From positions 72,850,001 through 72,914,000 of the forward strand of contig NC_043005.1 in assembly GCF_006345805.1 (NCBI RefSeq): a stretch of 64,000 nucleotides of DNA, written 5' to 3'. Below, one piece after another: positions 51,450 through 64,000 of the stretch. The stretch's first letter is position 1. Each line of letters starts with the position of its first letter. The DNA is from Octopus sinensis. Lineage: Eukaryota. The position numbers and the translations under genes were made by a program. Below the pieces are notes generated by a model. The model did no database searches. It was not told the DNA's origin and was given only the letters and a program-made list of their open reading frames with translations.

Positions 51450-52867
51450 CTTATATATATATATATATATATATACTTATATAAATATATATATATATAC
51501 TTACATATACATATATACACACATATATACATATATACATATATATATATGTATATATATGTGTATATCTACATGTATACATATACACACACAGACACAG
51601 ACACACACACACACATAAAATTTATTTTACAAATCATGAAGTTTTAATAACTTTAGTTTTAAGAAAGTTAGTATTATGTGTGTGTAAGATGAAAACTAAC
51701 GACGTGGATAACAATACGGAAGATAAAGACAAATCAAGTCGTAATAATAAAATTTGCCACACATTGATATACGAATGTATGAATATCTTTTCCATTTTGT
51801 ACATATTGACTTCTTCAGAAAGTTAGTAAAACGAAAAAAATATACAGAATAGAAAGAGAAGCGAAGACAGAGATTGGATGCTTGGCAACTAGAATACTGT
51901 CAGGTAGTCAGCGACCTCTATCATTCTATCATTCTATCATGGTGGGATGGAGCGATGACATTCTCGATGAAACTCTGTGTCTAGTCCATTCTGGATGACC
52001 TTCGACGGAAAGGCTATCAAAATTTAAACAAACCTGCCTTGGCACTACTATTGAAGGAATTCATGGTTCAGGGTAAGCTCTACAACTATGGATGCACAGT
52101 CAGCTGTGCTTGTCTGAGAAGCGTGCAATAACGAATCTTTTCGACTTGAGGACTTTTATTATCGTATGTAGAAAGGAACCACCTGTTGGCTGTATCTATT
52201 GTGAAGATCATTTTGCCTATTAACTTTTGAGCGAGGAAAAGCAAGAAATTAATCTTCCACTGCCTAGCAGCTATGACGAAGAAGATCCTGAAGTGAACTC
52301 GACCGAAAAGACTAAAGACGGTCACTTTTCTCTTCGGCAAACAAAATCTCTATATATACTAACAGACAGGTCTTAGAAAAACTGAAGGAAGGCGGCAATA
52401 AGTTTGTGAATCTAAGATGGGAATATGTTTCTTTTGCCCAAAGCCAGGAACCTACAAGACACTACATAATCTTATCAGGCCATATAAATAACTATCATAT
52501 GCAGGAAAATCTATCTAGAAGAGTAGACAAGATGGAAAAAATATGTCTGGATTATCTTCCTACTTGACGGAAAAGAATAAAAATATTAGTCATAGACTAC
52601 TTACAACTTACTAACATTAACTTACAACTTTCTACATCCCCGTCATTTTTAGTTAATTAAAAGTACATAAAAACACAAAATTTGACTAAATTTTACCTTC
52701 ACATTATTATGTTTTTGTAATGCCTCGTATTTTCAAAAACAAAGACAAGGAATGTTATGGCCTGCGAATCTGCATGTATATATTTAAGAATATATCTCCA
52801 GTTAAACATTTTTCTATATCGTGCAACCATCGTAATAGTGATTCTGTTACTTACGATAGTGAAGGCA

Positions 52868-53060
52868 ATGAGCCGGCAGAATCGTTAGCCCGCCTGACAA
52901 ATTGCTTAGCGGCATTTTGTCCGTCCTTACGTTAAAAATTCAAATTTCACCGAGGTCGACTTTTGAGGGTCAACGAAATAAGTACCTCAAGAACACTGGG
53001 GGCAATTTACTATCCCTCTCCCTTAAAATATTTCAGGTCATGTGCCTATTATGGGAAGGA
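52868..53060 (+). mobile_element. degenerate SINE family B with an alternative tail (TTTCAGG..TGTGCCTA..GGATTATT)
   Basis: Head GGCAGAATCGTTAGC and core CCGAGGTCGACTTT..AAGTACC. Confidence 0.6.
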
Positions 53061-53860
53061 TTATTTACGATGACAATATGATTTCAGCTCGTAACGAATT
53101 TATATGCAAATATGTATATCTATTTCCCATCTAGATATGAGAATGTGTGTGTGTGTGTTCTCGAGCATGTGTACATAATTGAAATGCCAATAGTGTTATT
53201 TTATCTTTTATTTTCCATTATGCTATCTTGTTGCAAACCGCTGAATGTTAAATCATTTCTAAGGATTAGAAATGACAATGCTTTTCAATTAAAAATGAAA
53301 CTTAAATTATTGCTGAAAATGCACAAATGTGTATTCTTTTATTGTTAAATAGATGATGAGTTCAACTCAACCCTTTATTTATAGAATGGTAGGAATCCAT
53401 AAAGAGAATATTATTTCTCCAAAGCAAAATTTCTCAGAATGAATTGGTAGTCAGGATGCAAAGCAGTAAAGCAGTACAATAACATTATTGAACATAATAC
53501 ATCGGAAATACATATATTTAATTGAAGAGATTTTAGAGAGAGAGAGAGAGAGAGAGTAGGTGACATTTTTGCCTTAAGTGTAGGAAACATTTTTGTCAAC
53601 GTCTTTGTACAGAAATATAATTGACACAATACTTAGAAATATATTACAAACAATCGGAAATATATCACCGATACGCGAAGTGTTGCTTGGAAATCCATCC
53701 GGAAAGTGTAGTGAAAGTTGGTTCTGTTAGGACTCTCTGGAGGAGGGAGGACGTGGCTGAGGTCTCTATACTCCTGCTCCTGTCCTCCTCCCCATGGGAT
53801 TGTGACGGAGAAAATAGATGGATGGATTGATGGATTATACAAGATGCGATGGATGAAATA

Positions 53861-54077
53861 CGAGGGGATGTAGAAAAGTTCCTGGATTTAGATAAAATAA
53901 AATACAAGAGGATTAGTTAATTATGATTTTATTCAACATATTTACCTCTCAGATTCACACACTTATTGCAGTGCTCCTTCAGTTTTTCTAAAACCTGTAA
54001 AAGAACACGGGAGGTTGGGCTTCCAACCAGACCCTTCGTGATACCCTTAAGACTATGAACTTTTCATCACGCCCTCG
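53861..54077 (+). mobile_element. mariner-derived MITE, copy 1
   Basis: TIRs (TA)CGAGGGGATGTAGAAAAGTTC / GAACTTTTCATCACGCCCTCG. Confidence 0.75.
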
Positions 54078-54079
54078 TG

Positions 54080-54659
54080 TGTGTGTGTGCACATACATAC
54101 ATACATAAATACATACATACATACATACATACATACATACATACATACATGCATACATGCATGCATACATACATGCATACATACATACATACATAGATAC
54201 ATACATACATACATGCATGCATACATACATACATACATACATACATACATGCATACATACATACATACATACATACATGCATACATACATACATACATAC
54301 ATAATACATGCATGGATGCATACATACATGCATACATACATGCATACATACATACATACATACATCCATACATACATGCATACATACATACATACATACA
54401 TGCATACATACATACATACATACATACATACATACATACATACATGCATACATACATGCATACATACATACATACATACATGCATACATGCATACATACA
54501 TGCATACATGCATACATGCATACATACATACATACATACATGCATACATACATACATACATACATACATACATACATACATACATGCATACATACATACA
54601 TACATGCATACATAATACATACATACATACATACATACATACATACATACATACATACA

Positions 54660-54691
<32 letters not shown>

Positions 54692-54697
54692 CACATA
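54080..54697. repeat. (CATA)n/(CATG)n satellite, ~620 bp
   Basis: Directly visible. Confidence 0.95.
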
Positions 54698-54699
54698 TA

Positions 54700-54918
54700 C
54701 AAGAGGGAGTGATGGAAAGTTCATGGTTTTGAGCAAAACAAAATGCAGGACGATCAGTTAAATAAGATTTTATCCAACATATTCCCCTTTCAGGTTTACA
54801 CACTTATTGCAGCGGTCCTTCAGTTTTTCTAGGTCCTGTAAAAGAACTTGGAATATTGGGCCTCCAGCCAGGCTTTTTGCGATACCCTTAAAGCCAGGAG
54901 CTTTTCAGCACGCCCATG
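54700..54918 (+). mobile_element. mariner-derived MITE, copy 2
   Basis: Colinear with 53861-54077 (CACACTTATTGCAG..CCTTCAGTTTTTCTA); TA on both sides. Confidence 0.7.
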
Positions 54919-56467
54919 TACATACATACACAACACTGGATTATAGCAAAATATCCGTATATGTTTGAGTTCTACTGTGGAATTTTCATGGTTTTGTTAG
55001 TTTATGATTTAAACAATACACACAATGATTGTTAAATTACAAAAATTTTGAATGTGGAAGACGCTCTGACTGCACAATATACGTCATTAACGACATGACC
55101 TCTATACTTGATACAAAAGAAACCATTGCATAATTAACAATGGAACACGAAGAATTGGATTTATACACATAAACATGTAACACACACAAATACATAACAC
55201 GCGCGCACATACATACACGTCGTATCTTTGAAAACACAGAGGTGTGTACGCACGCACGCATACGTACGTACATACATTTATGCAAACACACACACACAAA
55301 CAAACAAACACACATATACTCACATATACTCACACATACAGATATATGCATGTGTGTATGTATATATACACCGGAGCAAACGCGCTTTCTTCAATGCTGT
55401 GATTTGGCAATAGAAAATAACGAGCCACGAACAAGCCTTTAATAAACCACTGTGTAATCTTTTGATGTGCTAGAAATAGCAGCAAAATTCCCTTAAATCA
55501 AACCTTGCCACATAGAAAGGGAACTACTCACTGTATAACACAGTCATGCTCTCTTACAAATACTAAAAGACTGGTGAAAATTCTTGAACGATAATCTTCA
55601 CCATAACTTTTTAAACTGGCATTCATTTACGGATATTTCTTCAGGTTTCTGCATTAAATAACGGAAAATACGAATCAGAAAAAAACATTATTGAAATATT
55701 TATGTTTGTTATTTGTTATTTTTCTCTCCTCCTCTCTGCAGCAAGCGGTAATGACTTTTCAGTTTCGAAAATTCTGTCTGGGCCTTTTTAAATAAACTCT
55801 TACATACACACTTACATAAATGTTCGCACAGGCACACATCAAAAAAGTACACTGAGAAACACACACACACACACACACACACACGTGTGTGTGTGTGCAA
55901 AGTGTTCTGCTATTTTTAGCATGTTCTGCGACCGCTTAGAGATTTCTTCATTTGAAACCGTTGTTTCTGCTACCGTCGTCGTTATTCTGATACAATATCG
56001 GTTTTGGAACGGCTGTCCTTCGAAGTTCCGACACTGGATGTGGTTCCTCCTGATGATGTCTTGAGCTAACTGGATCCTATAAAGGAGCTGTTGTGGTAGC
56101 AGACCACAAAACACGGTTGTAATTCCTTCCTTTTGTAATTTTTTGTTTTACTTCTTAATTTCGTTATTATTTTAGTTTTTCTTTTTTTAGTATTCTCGTG
56201 TTTCCTGCAAGTTACGATTTCAATTTCTTTTGCGTTTTTGCCACCCCAACTACACTCCATTCTCCTTTCTTTCTCATAAGTTATGGGACTTCGTGTGACA
56301 AAATTTTATTCTAAAACATCTCCGAAATAGCCATCGACACATTTATATACAATAGCTGGACTCGTGAAAAATTCATGGAAAACATAAAAAAATGTAAGCA
56401 TCTGTAAACAGAGTAGCGGTGCCATGAAAAATGTTTGTATATTATGACCGTCTGTCATAATATACAG

Positions 56468-56943
56468 TGGATGCGCAATGGCCCAGTGGTTAGGGCAGTG
56501 GACTCGCGGTTTCGATTCCCAGACCGGGCGTTGTGAGTGTTTATTGAGCGAAAACACCTAAAGCTCCACGAGGCTCCGGCAGGGGACTAGGGTTCCGGTT
56601 GATCCGAATCAACGGAACAGCCTGCTCGTGAAATTAACGTGTAAGTGACTGAGCACTCCACAGACACGTGCACCCTTAACGTAGTTCTCGGGGATATTCA
56701 GCGTGACACAGAGAGTGACAAGGCCGGCCCTTTGAAATACAGGTACAACAGAAACAGGAAGTAAGAGTGAGAGAAAGTTGTGGTGAAAGAGTACAGCAGG
56801 GATCACCACCATCCCCTGCCGGAGCCTCGTGGAGCTTTAGGTGTTTTCGCTCAATAAACACTCACAACGCCCGGTCTGGGAATCGAAACCGCGATCCTAT
56901 GACCGCGAGTCCGCTGCCCTAACCACTGGGCCATTGCGCCTCC
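56468..56943. mobile_element. convergent pair of SINE family C copies (56468-56585 plus; 56588-56943 minus, tail type 3)
   Basis: ~115 bp of near-identical inverted head sequence. Confidence 0.85.
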
Positions 56944-57485
56944 AAAATACATTGTACATATTCCAAGAACCTTTTTGGTTTAGTGGTATGGAACGTTTCC
57001 TTGGTATTCTTTTATTCTTTTACTTGTTTCAGTCATTTGACGGTGGCCATGCTGGAGCACCACCCTTTAGTCGAAGAAATTGACCCCTGGACTTTTTTCC
57101 CTGTAAGTCTGGTGCTTATTCTATCAGTCTCTTCTGCTGAACAGCTAAATTACAGGGACGCAAACGCACCAACATCGGTTGTCAGACAATGGTAGTGGTG
57201 GGACAAACACACACACACATACATACATACATACATACATACATACTACATACATACATACACGCATATATGACGAGCTTGGAGGTAGTGGTGATGTAGG
57301 CTGGTGTGATTTTGTGGTTTGTTGGTACGCCGAGAGAGATCCAACGGTCCCTAACTGGTTCCTCGATCTTAAAGGTGTAATGTGTAAACTTAATAATAAA
57401 GAAGGTAGAAGCATATAAATTTACTTAATGTTAGCCAATGAAATAAGCGTTTTCTCATCCTTTATCTCTCTTTACTGCATTATCC

Positions 57486-57522
<37 letters not shown>

Positions 57523-57711
57523 GGAGAGAGAGAAAAACAGACAGATAGAGACACACAGAGTGCAGGAGGATTTGAATGGTAGGGAGAAAAGTTGAGTAAA
57601 GAAACTATACTGCTCCTATTTCTCTGACTAATTTCTTGACAGTGGTTTGAGAGGGGTCTGTATGTTATTTCTGAAAATAAATTTTATACAAACTTGTCTG
57701 TGTAATATCTT

Positions 57712-58070
57712 TTACTTGATTCAGTTATAGGACTGCGGCCATGCTGGAGCACCGCCTTGGAGTGTTTAGTCGAAGAACTCGATCCCCGCACTTTTCTTTA
57801 AGTCAGGTACTTTTACCATCAAGCATTTTTACCGAACGGGTACGAAATAAACCGAGCAGTTGTAGAGTGGCCAACCGCACCACCTCACGCTCACAAACAT
57901 GAATATATACAACGAGCTTCCATCCAGTTTCCGTCTACTAAATTCACTCACAATGCATTGGACAGCTCAGGCCTATAGTAGAAGACACTTGCTCAAGGTG
58001 CCACGCAGTGGGACTGAACCTTAAACACGTGGTTGAGTAAGCGAGCTTCTTAACTCCACAAGCATGCCTC
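57712..58070 (-). mobile_element. diverged SINE family A
   Basis: Degenerate consensus match; another 3' half at 57025-57280. Confidence 0.7.
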
Positions 58071-58402
58071 TTCATAAAGGGGAATAATAAAATATATGGC
58101 TTGCGTGTTCGTTCTGTAGTTTTTCTTTACAAGAGAAGCTCACGCACAGCCAGTTCTCCATCTGTTTCTCTATCGCTCTTATGCATTTATAAGCTTATAC
58201 TTTATAGCTTTGGATGAAATTCTTTGACGTGCAGAGTCTATAAAAACAAGAAGAAAAAAAACTTTGTTTAACCTTGCACTTATTCACAACCGATGTTTTG
58301 GTAATTAATAAAGGAATTTTTCGATGTGAGAAATAGTTGAATGTAATGGTTTTCAACATTTAGAAATATTTCAATGATCTAGACACACACACACACACAC
58401 CA

Positions 58403-58482
<80 letters not shown>

Positions 58483-59050
58483 ACACACACACGCACGCAC
58501 AGACGCACACAACTCCATACATACACGTGTACTCACATATATCCATATACACACACACACGCATATATCCACACACGCACACACCGTCATATATATATAC
58601 AAACACATATATGTACGTGTAAATGTGTTTGTATAAATATTTGTTTGTCGGCATGTGTATGTATGTATGTACGTACGTACGTACATACATATAAACGCAT
58701 ATACAGAAATTTTATTTTGCATATGCACATAATTACACCACATACAGTTATTTTGTAGTCATGTCGTTTATGGCGTGTTTTCTGAAATCAAAAGTTCGCT
58801 CTGACATTCAAGTTTGTAGAAACACTTATCATTACGTATATTGCTAAAACTGAAGAAAAGACAGCTGATTTATGTAATAAAATTCTTTTAATGTATTGCT
58901 TTCTTTAGTTTTAATTACATATTTAAGTCAAAGGGCGTTCTAGGAAAGGTGAAAAAAAAATGGATATTTAGATATATCTTTAAGTATAGAAAGAACATTA
59001 ATACGAAATTATTTATTTTAAAATTGTAACATATTACAGGGATGAAGAAT

Positions 59051-59126
<76 letters not shown>

Positions 59127-59408
59127 GCATTGAGAGAGGCGCACTGAAAAAGGTATTCAACTTTCTGTAAGCCATTACCTGTTGGGTCATCCCATAAATA
59201 ATGCGGTTTTTATATACATCTTTTATTTTTTTTGAATTACAATAAGCAGAGTTCTTTTTCAATTTAGAATATACTTTCCTTAGTTTTCTACAATTGTCTT
59301 CAATCTATCTGGTAGACTTGCTAGGCCCCTTCCAAAATTCACTTGTCCGTGACGAAAAATACTCCTCAAGTACTATTCTGACCACGTCTACAGAATTTAA
59401 ACTATATA

Positions 59409-59640
59409 GGGCGGCGAGTTGGCAGAATCGTTAGCACGCCGGGCGAAAAGCATTAGCGGTATTTCGTCTGCGTTACGTTGTGAGTTCAAATTCCGCCGAG
59501 GTCGACTTTGCCTTTCATCCTTTTGGGGTCGATAAATTAAGTACCAGTTACGCACTGGAGTCGAGGTAATCGACTTAATCTCTTTGTCTGTTCTTTTTTG
59601 TCCCCTCTATGTTTAGCCTCTTGTGGGCAATAAAGAAATA
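59409..59640 (+). mobile_element. SINE family B, full length
   Basis: Consensus match. Confidence 0.9.
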
Positions 59641-59644
59641 ATTT

Positions 59645-59925
59645 ATATTTTTTCTGTCCAAATGATTTTGAAGACTGCCGAATAAATGATAATCAGATGG
59701 GGCAATGTCCGGCAAATATGGTGGTTAGGGCATCGTTTCCTATTCAAATTGCCCCAGCCTTTGAAAATTCATCCTCGTTGTATGTGGCCGAGCATTATCC
59801 TGATGGAAGAACATCTTTCGTATTGAAACCAAAGATGGTCGTTTTTCTTCTTGCGCTGACTTAAGCCGCTCAAGCTGCTTGCAGTAGATTTCTTTTGTTA
59901 TTATTTATGGGATGACCCAATAGAT
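59645..59925 (-). mobile_element. mariner transposase C-terminal remnant
   Basis: HQDNARPH...PPYLPDIAPSDYHLFGSLQNHL. Confidence 0.75.
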
Positions 59926-60177
59926 ATAATAATATTCGTTCAGAAATTGTGAGTCTTTCATAAGAAATTACAGAAAGTGAGATTATTTGTATTAGTGACA
60001 ACATTAGTTGCAGCTGGTGTCTATTTATGTGAGTTTATGCATAATTGTAGCAGCTTTCATTTATTAATGTTTAGAAAATTTAAAATCCAAGTTGTCAATG
60101 TAAACATTAGCTTTTCTGCTTTTAATTAAAAAAAAAACAACTGATAACAACTTTAACATTCTCATATACATCACATA

Positions 60178-61769
60178 CGAGGTAGTATCAAAAGGTTCCC
60201 GGACTAGCTATGTTTAATGATAAATAACTTGTTGTTGTCTGTTCCTTCTCGAGCCACGCCTGGCTCAAAAGGGCCGGTTTCCCGGTTTCCTTGGCGTATA
60301 GGTTCCCCATGTGAACGGGACGCCGCAGGTGAGCTGCAAGAGGCAGGAGGAAAGAGTGAGAGAAAGTTGTGGCGAAAGAGTCAGCCATTACCTTCTGCCG
60401 GAGCCGCATAGAGCTTAGGTGTTTCGCTCATAAACACAGACATCGCCCGGTCTGAGATTCGAACCCGCGATTCCTCGACCACGAGTCCGCTGCTCTAACC
60501 ACTAGGCCATGTGCCTCCACAAGAAATAACTTAAATTTACTTAAAATTTAAAATCATCTTCTTCGACATAGTCATCACACGCAGCAATATATCAGTTCCA
60601 GCGTTCCTGCCACTTTTAGGAATCCGGCTTGGAAGTCATTTTCCGTAAGCGAGTCGACGGTCTTCTGTGATTCGTTTTGGATCTTGACAATGGTGTTAAA
60701 ACAATGACCCTTGAGCTGCATTTTTATCTTGGGGAAGAGATGGAAGTCCACAGGTGCTGAATCTAGCAAAATAGGGCGTGTGTGGAAGCGATACCGCGTT
60801 GCTTTTAATGACAAAGTCACGAGTGAGACGAGCTCGGTGACAAGGTGCATTGACGCCGTGAAGAATCTAATTCTTTGCGCTCCACAGATCCGGTCGCTTT
60901 CACCGAATGTCCATCCTCAAATGCTTCAAAACGTCGTTGATTGTCCTCCAATGTCCTCCAACGATCCTTATGCACAAGCTGGTGAATCATCTTCACATTT
61001 CCGGGGGTGGCGTTCGTGGCATGTCTTCCATGTTTTTTTTACTTGTTTCAGTCATTTGACTGTGGCCATGGTGGAGCACCGCCTTTAGTCGAACAAATCG
61101 TAAGCCTAGTACTTATTCTTTGTAAGCCTAGTACTTATTCTATCGGTTTCTTTTGCCGAACCGCTAGGTTATGGGGACGTAAACGCACCAGCGTCGGTTG
61201 TCAAGCAATGCTGGGGGGACAAACACAGGCACACAAACATATATACACACATACATACATATATACATATATACGACGGGCTTCTTTCAGTTTCCGTCTA
61301 CCAAATCCACTCACAAGGCTTTGGTTGACTCGAGGCTATAGTAGAAGACGCTTGTCCAAGGTGCCACGCAGTGGGACTGAACCCAGAACCATGTGGTTGG
61401 TAAGCAAGCTACTTACCACACAGCCACTCCTGCGCCTATTGATCATCATCTTCACGAACGTTCTTCTGCTTTCGAAACACACGTGCCATTCATTGCCTCC
61501 CTACCGTAAGCTTGCCGAAGCATGCTTAATGTCTCCGTAGAAGTCTTCCCTAGTTAAACGCAAACTTTCGCGTTGGTTCTTTGTTCCTGCCCATGACAAA
61601 ATCGCAGACTACAGCAGACACGTGATCAAAAAACCACACAAATTTCCCAACTTGCGAAGTAAACACAACGATATCTCTCGGCACACTACCTCAGGAATGT
61701 CACCGCTACCCTTACTGCATCTGTTGGCGCACTACAGAACTAGTCTGGGAACGTTTTGATACCACCTTG
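60178..61769 (-). mobile_element. internally deleted mariner element with both TIRs, TA TSD and two nested SINEs (family C 60228-60520; family A 61035-61438)
   Basis: TIRs CGAGGTAGTATCAAAAGGTTCCCGGACTAG / CAAGGTGGTATCAAAACGTTCCCAGACTAG; LGKTSTETLSMLRQAYG (HTH) and DSAPVDFHLFPKIKMQLKG (catalytic C-terminus). Confidence 0.88.
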
Positions 61770-62214
61770 TAGATAACACCAACAACCTGAATGCATTGAT
61801 GCCAATTGAAGACATGAGATAATTATTCTAAATTTTATTTCCATCGTTATAAGTTTGAAAAGAAACCAGTCGGAGAACAGCTTCGAATTCTCTGTCTCGG
61901 GTGACGAACCCCGAACTGTTCGCCGATCTCAATAGGTTGTCATTAGCAAATGTATCGCTGTAGGTTGTATCTCCGATTCGTGCCTGGTCGTCACGTAAAG
62001 AGAAAATTATAGTGTCATATAGTCAGTTGCCGTCCTCTTGCTTTAAGCACGCCTCCCACCGCCACATATATAATTTTTTTATATGAAGACATAGGTCACC
62101 GAAGTCGGAAACATTGTTAGGTCTCTTTCTCTCTCTCTCTCCTCCTCCTCCTCTCTCTCTCTCTCTTTCTTTAAATGTGTGTGTGTGTGTGTGTGTGCGT
62201 GTGCATGCATGTGT

Positions 62215-62409
62215 GTGTATCTTTTACATTTTCAGTCATAGAACTGTGACATTGCTGGGGTACCCCCATGAAGGGTTTAGGCGAACAAATCGACCTCAGT
62301 TCTCTTTTTTCCTTAGAATCTGGTACTTATTCTGTCGGGCAATTTTGCCGAACTGCAAAGTTACGGAGATGTGAACAAACTAAAAGTTCTCAAACGGTGG
62401 TAAGGAATA

Positions 62410-62453
<44 letters not shown>

Positions 62454-62700
62454 AACACACACTTGCATACTCGCACACACGCAGGCACACACATAGTCGC
62501 ATACTCACCCCCATACACCCTCAAACACACACACGCGCGCACACACACACACCAGGAATTTCTTCAGTTTTCGTCTATCAAATTCATCCACAAAGCATTG
62601 GTAAGCCAAAGGCTACAATAGAAGACATTTGCCCAAGGCAGTGTGCAGTGGGGCTGAACCCTAAACCACATGGTCACAAAGCGAGCTTTTTAACCACATA
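62215..62700 (-). mobile_element. diverged SINE family A
   Basis: Degenerate consensus match. Confidence 0.75.
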
Positions 62701-62859
62701 TATACATGTATATATCTATAACCTGCGTGCATGTTTGTATACATAGAGTATAGTTGTACCATGGAACAGTACGCTTCTACGAGCGGTCACATACACACGT
62801 TGTACATGCTTGCTCAAAATGTGTTGATATAAAAGTGACACATTCAAACAATGCGTTAC

Positions 62860-63272
62860 TCTTTTACTTGTTTCAGTCATTTGACTGCGGCCATACTGGA
62901 GCACCGCCTTTAGTCGAGCAAATCGATCCCAGGATTTATTCTTTGTAAGCCTAGTACTTATTCTATCGGTCTCTTTTGCCGAACTGCTGGGTTACGGGCA
63001 CGTAAACACAGCAGCATCGGTTGTCAAGCGATGTTGGTGGGGGACAAACACAGACAAGTACACACACACACACACAAATACACACACATACACATATATA
63101 AATACATATATACGACGTGCTTCTTTCAGTTTCCGTCTACCAAATTCACTCACAAGGCTTTGGTCTGCCCGAGGCTATAGTAGAAGACACTTGGCCAAGG
63201 TGTCACGCAGTGGGACTGAACCCGGAACATGTGGTTGGTAAGCAAGCTACTTACAACACAGCCACTCCTGCA
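62860..63272 (-). mobile_element. SINE family A
   Basis: Full-length consensus match. Confidence 0.9.
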
Positions 63273-64000
63273 CCGTTAATGTAGAATATATTTTTCGATT
63301 AGCACGAATTTAATTTTCGATTACCACGACCACTTTGTTTATAAGCGCCATCATTATGCTTCTGTTTTTGTGATAGTGCATGTGTTTTGTATATCTGTAT
63401 TTGTGTATGCACGTCTTTGTGCACCTGTGTACATGCATATCAGTACTTACGTTACAACAGCAATCCTGCAGCAATCTCTGTCTCCGAAAGATACTTCTCG
63501 TTCAGCACGCATTTATTGTTTGCTTTCAAGATCCACTGAAAACATGGCTTTATTATCACGTTCTTTCTTATTATTTCTGAAACAAGAGAATAAGGAGCGT
63601 AGATGTCCTTGTTGAGAGCTGCAGATATATCTGACTTTATTGCACTTTAGGCAGTTTCTCAACTGATCTTCTTTGTTAACACGAATGTTTTTATTTAATG
63701 ATGTTCTATGAAGTCAAAAGGCCAAAATCCTTTTATCAGCTTTCAGCACTTTAGAATGTTTGTATGAGTGCATGTGTGTGTGTGTGAATGTGTATGTGTG
63801 TGTGAATGTGTATGTGTGTATATGTGTATGTGTGTGTGAATGTGTATGTGTGTATATGTGTATGTGTGTGTGTTTGTGTATGTGTGTGTGTTTGTGTATG
63901 TGTGTGCATGTGTGCGTACGCTTGCAGCGTATAACACCATATGTTTTAAGTGAAGCCCGTTACAAAATGATGGCCAACGTAAATCATTTTCAAACTATAA

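Noticed and set aside
53988-54803. Long Met/Tyr/Cys-rich ORFs suggesting reflectin or another cephalopod structural protein
   Set aside because: They are pure translations of the (CATA)/(CATG) satellite, open in several frames on both strands, with no reflectin MD-x5-MD motif
55895-56115. GC-richer unique island with open frames on both strands
   Set aside because: No recognisable domain, weak splice donors, and several equally plausible frames

Overview
This is AT-rich, repeat-saturated animal genomic DNA, most likely octopus or another coleoid cephalopod. That assignment is inferred from tRNA-derived SINE families I recall from octopus and from the dense (TA)n/(CA)n/(CATA)n microsatellites; no database search was run. 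I recognise no host protein-coding gene, rRNA, true tRNA or CRISPR array, and most supplied ORFs are microsatellite translations. The window contains: (i) about 35 SINE copies of three main tRNA-headed families; (ii) Penelope-like retroelements (PLEs), one near full length with long direct pseudo-LTRs (31959-37241, minus), one 5'-truncated with an inverted pLTR (22474-25451, plus), and several fragments; (iii) Tx1/L1-, RTE- and R4-type LINE remnants; (iv) MULE, mariner, mariner-MITE, Helitron and possible hAT remnants; (v) one 100-N gap. The most interesting signal is a varied set of hammerhead-ribozyme (HHR) motifs in PLE-related sequence. These include canonical long-loop type I HHRs, a family with a compensatory G3:C8 core swap, a family with U at core position 6, and a Pol III tRNA-headed SINE-like element that ends in an HHR. 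Other leads are a SINE/Tx1-LINE shared 3' tail, a ~290-bp duplication flanking the full-length PLE, many long palindromes, and a few splice-signal-bounded candidate exons on the minus strand. All structures were paired by eye and coordinates of degenerate elements are approximate.
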